Translations under genes and position numbers: made by a program
Notes under the pieces: model-generated
What the model was told of the DNA's origin: nothing
Databases searched by the model: none
The model's input: only the letters and a program-made list of their open reading frames with translations
Shown: one piece after another, positions 9,809 to 18,179 of the stretch
How positions within the stretch are numbered: position 1 is the first letter of the stretch
Layout of the letters: each line of letters begins with the position of its first letter
Source: an uncultured Phycisphaerales bacterium
GTDB lineage: Bacteria > Planctomycetota > Phycisphaerae > Phycisphaerales > SM1A02
Direction: 5' to 3'
Length of the DNA: 64,000 nt
Assembly (NCBI GenBank): GCA_938084645.1
Contig: CALKEP010000001.1
Span: 1 to 64,000 of the forward strand

Positions 9809-10371
9809 CCGACGAGCGCAGCCAGACCGACGACACCGACCACGACGCCCCGTCGCCGTGCGAAGGATGCGAAGGCGCCACGAAGGGGGGCCGTCGAGGG
9901 TTCCTGTTCGCCGCCGGCACCACGCTCCTCACCGTGGGCGGCGGACTCGCCGCGATTCCGATCGTCGGGGTCGCGATCGCGCCGGCGGAGGCGAGCGATC
10001 CCAACCGATGGGTCTCGCTCGGAAAGCCCACCCGCTTCAAGCCCGGCGAGACCGTGCTGGTGAAGTTCACGAATCCCTGGGACTCCCCGACCGACGGCGA
10101 GACCAACAAGAACGTCTGCTACGTCCGCTGCATCGACTCGAAGACGTTCCAGGTCTTCGCGGTGAACTGCGCCCACCTCGGTTGCCCCGTCGAGTGGTTC
10201 GCCCAGTCGCGACTCTTCATGTGCCCGTGTCACGGCGGGGTCTACTACGAGGACGGCTCGCGGGCGTCGGGACCGCCGCCGCGCGGGCTCTTCGAGTACG
10301 AGTGGCGGATCGACGGCGACAGTTTCGAGATCCTCGGCGGGCGACTGCCCGGACTGCAGGAGACGACCTGA
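9805..10371 (+). CDS. qcrA: Rieske 2Fe-2S subunit of Rieske/cytochrome b complex
   Basis: Tat motif GRRGFL plus TM helix. CAHLGC and CPCHGG boxes. GPPPR. Confidence 0.95.
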   Translation: MTDERSQTDDTDHDAPSPCEGCEGATKGGRRGFLFAAGTTLLTVGGGLAAIPIVGVAIAPAEASDPNRWVSLGKPTRFKPGETVLVKFTNPWDSPTDGETNKNVCYVRCIDSKTFQVFAVNCAHLGCPVEWFAQSRLFMCPCHGGVYYEDGSRASGPPPRGLFEYEWRIDGDSFEILGGRLPGLQETT

Positions 10372-10372
10372 C

Positions 10373-11902
10373 ATGAAGCAGGACGGAAACGTCAGGAAGA
10401 GCCTCGACTGGGTCGACGACCGGACCGGACTGGTCTCGGTCGCCGAGCACGCGATGTTCCACAAGGTGCCCCGCAGCGCGAAGTGGTGGTACGTCTTCGG
10501 CAGCGCCACGCTGATGTTCTTCATGGTGCAGCTGGTCACCGGGATCCTGCTCACCACGATCTACGTCCCGAGCGCGGCGGAGGCCTACCAGAGCCTCATC
10601 TACATCGATCAGCGGATTCCGATGGGGTGGATGCTCCGGGCCCTTCACGGATGGAGCTCGAACGCGATGTGCGTGATGATGCTCATCCACATGACGCAGG
10701 TGTTCCTGCACGGCACCTACAAGTTCCCCCGGGAACTGACCTGGGTCGCGGGCGTCTTCCTCTGCCTCACCACGCTCGGGCTCGCGTTCACCGGCCAGAT
10801 CATGCGGTGGGACGCGAACGCGTACTGGGGGCTCGGCATCGGAGCGGCGATCGTCGACCGCGTCCCCTTCGCCGGGAACTGGCTCCGCTCGGTCGTCCTC
10901 GGCGGGCCCGACATCTCCGGGGCGACGCTGAGTCGGTTCTTCGCGCTGCACGTCTTCGTCCTGCCGGGAACCCTCATCGGTCTCATCGGGATCCACCTCA
11001 TCCTCGTCCTCAAGGGCGGGATCAGCGAGATGCCCAAGGTCGGCCAGCCGATCGAGCCGGAGACCTATCGCGAGGAGTACGAGGCGCGGGTCAAGAAGAC
11101 CGGCGTCCCGTTCTTCCCCGACGCGGCTCGTCGGGACATGGTGTTCTGCGGTGCCGCGCTGATCGCGTTGATCGGCATCGCCTCCTGGTTCGGTCCCATC
11201 GGGCCCGGCCCGCTCCCGGATCCGCAGAGCATCGAAGTGGCGCCGCGGCCCGACACCCTGTTCCTCTGGCTCTTCGCGGTGCTCGCACTGCTGCCTCCGC
11301 AGACCGAGACCTTCCTGATCCTGGTCGGACCACCGGTCGCGATCGCGCTGCTCGCCGCCCTGCCGTTCCTCGCTCCCCGCGGTGAAAGGGCGCCGTCGCG
11401 ACGACCGCTCTCGGTGATCGTGCTCTGCATCATCGTGACCGCCCTGCTGGTCCTCACCTGGCTCGGCATCGGTTCGCCCTGGAGTCCGGTGATGAAGGCG
11501 TGGACCTCGATTCCCACGCCCGTCGAATACGTCCGGCATCGTTCCCCCCTCGAACTGCAGGGGGCGATCCAGCTCCAGTACGCGCAGTGCCGGAACTGTC
11601 ATTCGATCGGTGGCGAGGGCGGCAAGCGAGGTCCGGCCCTGGACGACGTCGCGACGCGGTTGAGCTGGGATCAACTGGTGCGACAGATCCAGCAGGGCGG
11701 CGGGAACATGCCGGCCTATGGAAAGAACCTCAGCAGCGCGGAGACCCAGGCGCTGGTCGCCTTCCTGTCGACGCTCGACGGCGGCGACCTGCCGGCGGTG
11801 ATTCCCGGTGCGATGGAGCAGCAGCCCGGTCGGGACGAATCTCCGACGGTCGAGCCCACCGCGCCGCTCGACGAGGCCGATGCGTCCGTCGCATCCAGGT
11901 GA
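10373..11902 (+). CDS. qcrB: Cytochrome b (unsplit) with fused C-terminal cytochrome c
   Basis: Four haem b His ligands (ALHGW, LIHM, ALHV, GIHL), PFFP and C-terminal CRNCH...NMP. Confidence 0.93.
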   Translation: MKQDGNVRKSLDWVDDRTGLVSVAEHAMFHKVPRSAKWWYVFGSATLMFFMVQLVTGILLTTIYVPSAAEAYQSLIYIDQRIPMGWMLRALHGWSSNAMCVMMLIHMTQVFLHGTYKFPRELTWVAGVFLCLTTLGLAFTGQIMRWDANAYWGLGIGAAIVDRVPFAGNWLRSVVLGGPDISGATLSRFFALHVFVLPGTLIGLIGIHLILVLKGGISEMPKVGQPIEPETYREEYEARVKKTGVPFFPDAARRDMVFCGAALIALIGIASWFGPIGPGPLPDPQSIEVAPRPDTLFLWLFAVLALLPPQTETFLILVGPPVAIALLAALPFLAPRGERAPSRRPLSVIVLCIIVTALLVLTWLGIGSPWSPVMKAWTSIPTPVEYVRHRSPLELQGAIQLQYAQCRNCHSIGGEGGKRGPALDDVATRLSWDQLVRQIQQGGGNMPAYGKNLSSAETQALVAFLSTLDGGDLPAVIPGAMEQQPGRDESPTVEPTAPLDEADASVASR

Positions 11903-11920
11903 CGGGAGCGACCCCCGACG

Positions 11921-14239
11921 ATGTCCCTCGCGTTGTTCGGCATGATCCCGGCGGGTGAATTCTTCGATGCGACGGTGGGCACCGCGCCGTGGACGACGAC
12001 GGCGGCCGTGGTCTCGATCTCGATCTACGTGACCGGCCGGCGCCGACTCCGCCGCGGGGGACCGCGGACCGCGATGCGCTTCCCGGGATGGCGACTCGGT
12101 TCCTTCGTGCTCGGCTGGATCGGGCTGCTGGCGGCGATCGCGACGCCGCTCGACGCGGCCGCGGAGCGCACGTTGTCGGCGCACATGATCCAGCACATGC
12201 TCCTCGCGCTGGTGGTGCCGCCGTTGTGGTGGTTCGGCGCTCCGGCGATGCCGATGCTGATGGGTCTTCCCCGGTCGATTCGTTCGGGGATCGTCGGTCC
12301 GCTGCTGGCGTCGCCGATGGTGCGAAGCGCGATGCGGAGACTCGTCCATCCCATCGTCGGGTGGACGACGATGGCCGCCGCGACCCTGGGTTGGCACGTC
12401 CCGGCCGCGTACGAACTCGCGATCCAGGACCCCGCCTGGCATCTGGTGGAGCATCTCACCATGCTGGGGGCGGGGCTTCTGTTCTGGCTCCCGGTGATCG
12501 AGCCGTTCCCGGTCCGATCGCCGTGGCCGCGGATCGCGATGGTCCCGTACCTCGTCACCGCGGACATCGTGAACACGGTGGTGAGTGCGGCGCTCGCGTT
12601 CGCCAGCGCGCCGGTCTACGGGTGGTACGCCACGGTCTCGGCGGCCCACGGCGTCGATGCGATCCGCGACCAGCAGCTCGCGGCCGGTCTGATGTGGGTC
12701 CCCGGGAACCTCGCGTACCTGGTGCCGGCGATGGTGATCACCGCACGATGGCTGCTCGGAAGATCGGGGGTCGATCGTCTCCCGATCGCGACGCCCACCT
12801 CCGCGGGGGTCGCGCTGCGGGTGCTTCCCGCGAGTCCGGATCGCGGCGATCTGCTCCGGACCCCGCTGCTCGGGCGGATGCTGCGATCGGCGCGGTTCCG
12901 CCTCGGTCTCCGACTCGTCGCGCTCGCGGTGCTGATCGGCATCGCCGTCGACGGCCTCCTCGGTCCCGACGAATCGCCGATGAATCTCGCGGGCACGCTT
13001 CCCTGGACGCACTGGCGGGGCGGGGTGATCCTCCTCGCGATCCTGCTGGGCAACGTGGCGTGCTTCGCGTGCCCGCTCGTCGCGCCGCGCAGCGTCCTTC
13101 GTCGCTGGATCCGGCCGACCCGCAAGTGGCCGCAGCGGCTCCGATCCAAATGGCTCGCGGTCGGGTTGGTGGTGTCGTGGCTCGTGGTCTACGAGGCGTT
13201 CGATCTCTGGGACAGTCCGTTCGCCACCGCGATGCTGCTGCTCGGACTGGTCGGCGCGGCGACGTGCGTCGATCTCCTCTTCGAGGGATCGGCCTTCTGC
13301 CGCTACGTCTGTCCGGTGGGGCAGTACCAGATGGCGACGTCGACGGTGTCCTCCCGGACGGTGTCGGCGATCGATCCGCGCCGGTGCGAGACCTGCACCA
13401 CCCGCGACTGTCTGGTCGGCGGGCCGCGTGGTCCGGGATGCGGACTCGACCTGCTCATTCCGAAGAAATCGGGAAACCTCGACTGCACCTTCTGCCTCGA
13501 CTGCGTGACGGCGTGCCCTCATGACAACGTCGGGATCGTGCGGCAGGTGCCGGGCGCGGACCTCGCGGTCGCCGACGTCCGCAGCGGATTCGGTCGGCTG
13601 GCCCGCCGACTCGACGTGGGGGCGTTGCTCGCGGTCGTCGCGATCGGCGGCATCGTCAACGCGGCGGGAATGACGTCGCCGGTCGTCGAGGCGATGGATC
13701 GGATCGCGATGGCACCGCGCTGGCTGGTCGAAGGCGGGTTCGTGCTGGTCGCGATCCTCGTCGGATTGTTCGGTCTGGTGTTGGCGTCCGTGGGCGGTCG
13801 CGACGTGCCGTGGACCGAACGGCTCGTCCGAATCGGGCTGGCCGTGACGCCGCTCGGGACCGCGATGTGGATCGTGCATTTCGGATTCCATCTCGTGACG
13901 GGATGGCCGACCGCGGAGGCGGCGTTGACCCGCGTCGGACACGATCTCGGAGCGACGGCGCGGATGCCGGATCGGATTCTGAGCTGCTGCGTCCCGCCGC
14001 CGGACTGGATGCTGCCCGCGGAACTTCTCGTGCTGTCGATCGGACTCGCGGGCAGTCTCGGGGTCGCGTGGTGGGGGTGGCGTGCGGCCGCGACGACCGC
14101 CGGCTCGTCCGGATCGCCCGGTGCCGTCACCCGACGATGGCTGCCGTCCGCGGCGGTGCTCGTCGGTCTGTGGGCGATCACCGCGTGGATCGTCTTCCAG
14201 CCGATGGAGATGCGCGGGACTTCGGGGTTCATGCCATGA
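11921..14239 (+). CDS. ctaG: CtaG (caa3 assembly factor) fused to a membrane 4Fe-4S ferredoxin-type domain
   Basis: N-terminal SAHMIQHM, WH, EH and DQQLAAGLMW. C-terminal CFACP, FCRYVCP, CETC....C......C and CTFCLDCVTACP among many TM helices. Confidence 0.85.
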   Translation: MSLALFGMIPAGEFFDATVGTAPWTTTAAVVSISIYVTGRRRLRRGGPRTAMRFPGWRLGSFVLGWIGLLAAIATPLDAAAERTLSAHMIQHMLLALVVPPLWWFGAPAMPMLMGLPRSIRSGIVGPLLASPMVRSAMRRLVHPIVGWTTMAAATLGWHVPAAYELAIQDPAWHLVEHLTMLGAGLLFWLPVIEPFPVRSPWPRIAMVPYLVTADIVNTVVSAALAFASAPVYGWYATVSAAHGVDAIRDQQLAAGLMWVPGNLAYLVPAMVITARWLLGRSGVDRLPIATPTSAGVALRVLPASPDRGDLLRTPLLGRMLRSARFRLGLRLVALAVLIGIAVDGLLGPDESPMNLAGTLPWTHWRGGVILLAILLGNVACFACPLVAPRSVLRRWIRPTRKWPQRLRSKWLAVGLVVSWLVVYEAFDLWDSPFATAMLLLGLVGAATCVDLLFEGSAFCRYVCPVGQYQMATSTVSSRTVSAIDPRRCETCTTRDCLVGGPRGPGCGLDLLIPKKSGNLDCTFCLDCVTACPHDNVGIVRQVPGADLAVADVRSGFGRLARRLDVGALLAVVAIGGIVNAAGMTSPVVEAMDRIAMAPRWLVEGGFVLVAILVGLFGLVLASVGGRDVPWTERLVRIGLAVTPLGTAMWIVHFGFHLVTGWPTAEAALTRVGHDLGATARMPDRILSCCVPPPDWMLPAELLVLSIGLAGSLGVAWWGWRAAATTAGSSGSPGAVTRRWLPSAAVLVGLWAITAWIVFQPMEMRGTSGFMP

Positions 14240-14760
14240 ACTCGGTTCGAGTCGGACATCTTCGGATCATGCGGACCGTTCATCGTCGAATGCGCTGGTT
14301 GGCGTGGCTGGTCGTGATGCCGTCCTGGCTGGTCGCGGTCCCCGCGCTCGCGGACGGCGGGGTGGTGGTGTGGACCGGGCTCCGGCTCGACCAGCCGTCG
14401 GCGGTGATCGTCTCGCCGCCCGCGCCGCGGATCGGCGAGATCGAGATCGCGTGGGTCGGCGCGCGACGTCAGGAGGCGTCGATCACGGCCCGGCACGTCG
14501 ACGGCGTCGAAGTCGTCGCGGGGTTCGAGCCCGGACTGCTCGCCGACGAACATCGCGCCCTGCTCGACCTCGCGATTCCGGGGGCCTGGTCGATGCGATT
14601 GGATCCCGACGGCGAGGGCCCCGCGCCACCGGTCGTCTTCGAGATCATCGTGGGGGACGCGGTTCCGCCGTGGCGGGCGTTGTGGCCCGCGATCTTCGCG
14701 TGGGTGCCGCTGGTGGCGATCGGACTCGCCGCAGCCTGGCGCCGAACCTCAGTCCGCTGA
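14236..14760 (+). CDS. Exported, membrane-anchored small beta-rich protein (FixH/YtkA-like by pattern)
   Basis: ATGA overlap with the upstream gene. Signal ending ALA-DGG, P..PRIG and PGAW motifs, C-terminal TM helix. Start may be 14290. Confidence 0.55.
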   Translation: MNSVRVGHLRIMRTVHRRMRWLAWLVVMPSWLVAVPALADGGVVVWTGLRLDQPSAVIVSPPAPRIGEIEIAWVGARRQEASITARHVDGVEVVAGFEPGLLADEHRALLDLAIPGAWSMRLDPDGEGPAPPVVFEIIVGDAVPPWRALWPAIFAWVPLVAIGLAAAWRRTSVR

Positions 14761-15384
14761 CGAGGACGAGGCGAGCAGCCCGCGGGCCTGCAGCGCGGTG
14801 CGGATCTGCGGGACCGTCTCGATCGTGTGATCGATGCGGATCGCATCCCATCCGCATTCGATCGCAGCATCCACGTTCGGTTGCAGGTCGTCGAAGAAGA
14901 CGATCTCCGATCCCGTGGCCTCGACGTCGGCTTCGAACGCCTCGTAGATGCGGCGGTCGGGCTTGTGCAGTCGAAGGAGATGGGAGGCGTGACGCACGTC
15001 GAGCCTCGCCACCGCGGGATTCTCGAGGAGCATGTCCCAGTGGGAATGGCTGGTGTTCGAGAGACAGGCGGTCCGGTGGCCGGCCGCCCGCAGATCGTCG
15101 ACCAGTCCGGCCGTCCCGCGATAGGACCCGAGGATCCACGCCCGATCGATGCGGGCGACCTCGTCGGGCGTCCAGACGCCGTCGAAGAGTTCGCTCAGTT
15201 CACGCTGGAAGTCGGGGCATTCGAGCTCGCCGCGCTGGTAGCGGGCGATCAGGGCTCGGGCGCGGTCGTCGTGGCCGGGCCGCGGCTGGTGCGTCCGGGG
15301 ATCGATCCCCGCGGCCGCGCATCCTTCGTTCCAGTCGCGGCAGATCCGGACCAGCACGCCGCCCAGGTCGAAGCAGATCACCAT
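14749..15384 (-). CDS. HAD-superfamily phosphatase (YihX-like)
   Basis: FDLGGV, LSNT, KPD and FFDD...NV.AA. Confidence 0.88.
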   Translation of the reverse strand: MVICFDLGGVLVRICRDWNEGCAAAGIDPRTHQPRPGHDDRARALIARYQRGELECPDFQRELSELFDGVWTPDEVARIDRAWILGSYRGTAGLVDDLRAAGHRTACLSNTSHSHWDMLLENPAVARLDVRHASHLLRLHKPDRRIYEAFEADVEATGSEIVFFDDLQPNVDAAIECGWDAIRIDHTIETVPQIRTALQARGLLASSSSAD

Positions 15385-15432
15385 GGTCGTGTTCCGTGGA
15401 CGTTTCGCATCTTCGGATCTCGATTCACGGAT

Positions 15433-15945
15433 TCAGCCGGTGCGTCGCTTTTCGGCGCGACGTCGGCGGAAGAAGGCGCGAAGCAGTTCCGCGCACCGGG
15501 ATTCCTCGAAGCCCCCGATCATCTCGACGCGATGGTTCAGGCGTCGATCACCGGGGATGTCGAAGAGCGAGGTGCACGCCCCGGCCTTGGGGTCGAACGC
15601 ACCGAAGACCAGCCGTTTCAGCCTGGCGTTGACGAGGGCGCCCGCGCACATCGGACACGGTTCGAGGGTCACCACCATGCTGCAGCCTTCGAGTCGCCAG
15701 CTGCCGAGGCGTTCGCCCGCGGCCCGCAACGCGACCATCTCCGCGTGTCCGGTCGGATCGCAGCAGGACTCGCGGTTGTTCGCCGCCTCGCCGAGGATCT
15801 CCTCGCCGCGAAAGACCACCGCGCCGACCGGGACTTCGCCTTCGGAGGCCGCGGCCCGGGCGAGTTCGATCGCACGCTCCATCATCCGTGCATCGACGTC
15901 GTCGACCCCCGGGTGATTGTCGCTTGCGATTCGAAGCCTGGACAT
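15433..15945 (-). CDS. tadA: tRNA adenosine(34) deaminase
   Basis: EVPVGAV, DPTGHAE, LEPCPMC, DPKAGA, LNH and FFRRRR. Confidence 0.93.
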   Translation of the reverse strand: MSRLRIASDNHPGVDDVDARMMERAIELARAAASEGEVPVGAVVFRGEEILGEAANNRESCCDPTGHAEMVALRAAGERLGSWRLEGCSMVVTLEPCPMCAGALVNARLKRLVFGAFDPKAGACTSLFDIPGDRRLNHRVEMIGGFEESRCAELLRAFFRRRRAEKRRTG

Positions 15946-16052
15946 CCATCTTCTCCGACGAGTTCCGATGCGTCGCTGCACGCCGCCGTATCGGGCGTTG
16001 CGACCTTCGTTCTTCACGACGCCGAAGCGCCGGGATCCTTCACGTCGGGGTC

Positions 16053-17228
16053 TCACGACCCGGGCCTTCCGGTTCCATCCTCGTCATCGGTGTCCGGCTC
16101 GTCCTTCACCCGGTCGGATTCCGCATCCGCGTCGGAGTCCGTCGTTTCCGCGTCCGTCTGTTCCGGTTCGGTGGACTGCGTGGGGTCCGAGGTCCCGTAA
16201 TCATCCCCGTCCCGTCCGGAGAGCCCGCCGAGGGCGCCGGAGATGACCCTGCCACCGGCGACGCGTTCCGCGGGGGCGAGGGTGAGCAGGACGATTCCGA
16301 GCTCGTAGAGAAGGTAGAGGGGGACGAAGAGCAGGACCATGCTGATCACGTCCGCCGGCGTCAGGATCGCGCCGAGAATCGCGCAGACCAGCACCGCATA
16401 CCGTCGGTTCTTCTTGAGGAAGCCGCGATCGGCGATGCCCGCCCATCCGAGCAGGAGGATCACGAGCGGCATCTGGAACGCCACGGTGACCGCGAGGGCG
16501 AGGGTCAGAACGAAACCGATGTATTCGCCGAGTCGGAACTCCTGCGCGATCGTCCCGGCACGACTCAACGGCATCGAGAGCAGTTCGTAGCGATCTCCGT
16601 CGCCGGCGACGGGGACGACCACCACGAGGGACCGGGTGACCGGTTCGATCCACGCCTGGCCCGGCGCCGGATCCGTCGGCGGTTCGGCGAGCACGGGGAA
16701 CACGGGCACGCCCGCATCCGCCCGTTCCGCGATCAGTTCACCGGAGTCGGGAATCCCGAACGCGTCCGCGGGTCCGGGCACCCCGAACGAGATCAGCACC
16801 TGCAGCATCAACGGAAGCATCACCCAGTACAGAAGCGCGAGTCCGGACGCGGTGAGGATGGCGCTGCCGGGGATCAGGAAGTGAACGAAGCGTTTTTCCT
16901 GGGTGTACAGCCCGGGCTCGACGAACTTCCAGGCCTGCCAGAGGATCCACGGGGCGGAGATCACGGCGGCGCCGATGAAGCTGAGTTTGAGATCGGTGGT
17001 CAGGACCTCGGCCGGACCGAGCGCCTGCAGCCGTGCCGGGAGCCCGTTGGCCTCCATCGCCGCCAGCGCGGGAAGGACGAGCACGCTCCGGATGCTCGCG
17101 GCGAAGAAGAACAGCACGACCGACAGCGGAAGCGGCACGACGATCGCGAGGAAGAGTCGCTTTCGAAGCTCCTCGAGATGGTCGCCGAAACTCATGAGGC
17201 CGGCACTGATGTCGTTCCGCGGAGGCAT
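16053..17228 (-). CDS. tatC: Twin-arginine translocase subunit TatC
   Basis: MSFGDHLEELRKRL, WKFVEPGLY..EKR, FQMP, RRYA, TPAD and LYELG. Confidence 0.95.
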   Translation of the reverse strand: MPPRNDISAGLMSFGDHLEELRKRLFLAIVVPLPLSVVLFFFAASIRSVLVLPALAAMEANGLPARLQALGPAEVLTTDLKLSFIGAAVISAPWILWQAWKFVEPGLYTQEKRFVHFLIPGSAILTASGLALLYWVMLPLMLQVLISFGVPGPADAFGIPDSGELIAERADAGVPVFPVLAEPPTDPAPGQAWIEPVTRSLVVVVPVAGDGDRYELLSMPLSRAGTIAQEFRLGEYIGFVLTLALAVTVAFQMPLVILLLGWAGIADRGFLKKNRRYAVLVCAILGAILTPADVISMVLLFVPLYLLYELGIVLLTLAPAERVAGGRVISGALGGLSGRDGDDYGTSDPTQSTEPEQTDAETTDSDADAESDRVKDEPDTDDEDGTGRPGS

Positions 17229-17281
17229 GGACCCCAGATTCTAGTGGACCTCGGTCGAAACGACCCCGGTCGGGGGCCGGT

Positions 17282-18070
17282 TCACCCCGCGGGGATCTCG
17301 ATTCCGAAGAAACGAGCCGCATTCGCGTCGAGGAGTGACTCGAAGTCACCCGGATCCCGGCTCCGCCGCGCGGCCAGGAAGGCGGCGGTGCACCCGACAT
17401 AGCGGGGTTCGTTGGGGCGGACGTTCCGGTGGGGTTCCGGGGTCAGGAAGGGGGCGTCGGTCTCGACCATGATCCGGTCGTCCGGGACCAGGTCGCTCGC
17501 CCGGGCGACTTCCGCGGCGTTCGAGAAGGTGACGATGCCGGTGAACGAGATCCACCCCCCGAAGTCGAGCACCGCCCGGGCGTCGGCTTCGTCGCCCGTG
17601 AAGCAGTGGAAGACGAACCGGTCGTTCGGGAGGCTGGAGGCATCGAGGATCGGGATGAGTTCTTCGAAGGCCTTCCGGCAGTGGACGACGACCGGCTTGG
17701 AAAGACCTTCGGTGGTCCACGCCTCGATTCGGGCGAGCTGTTCCTCCAGCACGGAGCGTTGGAGATCGCGAGCCGGTTCCGGATAGTGGTGATCGAGCCC
17801 GAGTTCTCCCCAGGCGACGCACTTCGGATGCCGCGCCGCGGTCTCCATCGCGGCCCAGTCGATCGGGCGGTCGCTGTAGAGCGGATGGATCCCCGAGGAG
17901 CACCACACCGTGGGATGAAGGTCCGTGAGCCCGGTGAGTCGCGGGAGGTCCGCGGTCGTGGTCGAGATGGAGATGCAGCCCCGGACGCCCGCGGCCCGGG
18001 CGTCGGCGAGCACCGCGTCGATCCGGTTCTCGAAGCAGTCGAAGGTCAGATGGCAGTGGGTGTCGAACAC
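17282..18070 (-). CDS. tatD: TatD-family hydrolase
   Basis: FDTHCHL, GIHP, GELGLD, VHCR, FHCFTG, ETDAPFL and NEP. GTG start at 18070. Confidence 0.93.
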   Translation of the reverse strand: MFDTHCHLTFDCFENRIDAVLADARAAGVRGCISISTTTADLPRLTGLTDLHPTVWCSSGIHPLYSDRPIDWAAMETAARHPKCVAWGELGLDHHYPEPARDLQRSVLEEQLARIEAWTTEGLSKPVVVHCRKAFEELIPILDASSLPNDRFVFHCFTGDEADARAVLDFGGWISFTGIVTFSNAAEVARASDLVPDDRIMVETDAPFLTPEPHRNVRPNEPRYVGCTAAFLAARRSRDPGDFESLLDANAARFFGIEIPAG

Positions 18071-18179
18071 ATCCCGAGCATACGTCTCCCGCCCTCGTGG
18101 CGTCGACCCGAGGCCGAGTACCATTCGAGGGTTGCGGCACTCGCCGCTTGGATGACCGGGACCACCAGGACCACACACC

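Noticed and set aside
10217..13942. Very long antisense or alternate-frame ORFs (also 2522-5149, 5746-8082, 17429-19924, 21355-24591, 21396-23903, 31606-34446)
   Set aside because: They shadow well-supported genes, are Arg/Gly/Pro-rich without motifs, and are expected from high-GC codon bias.
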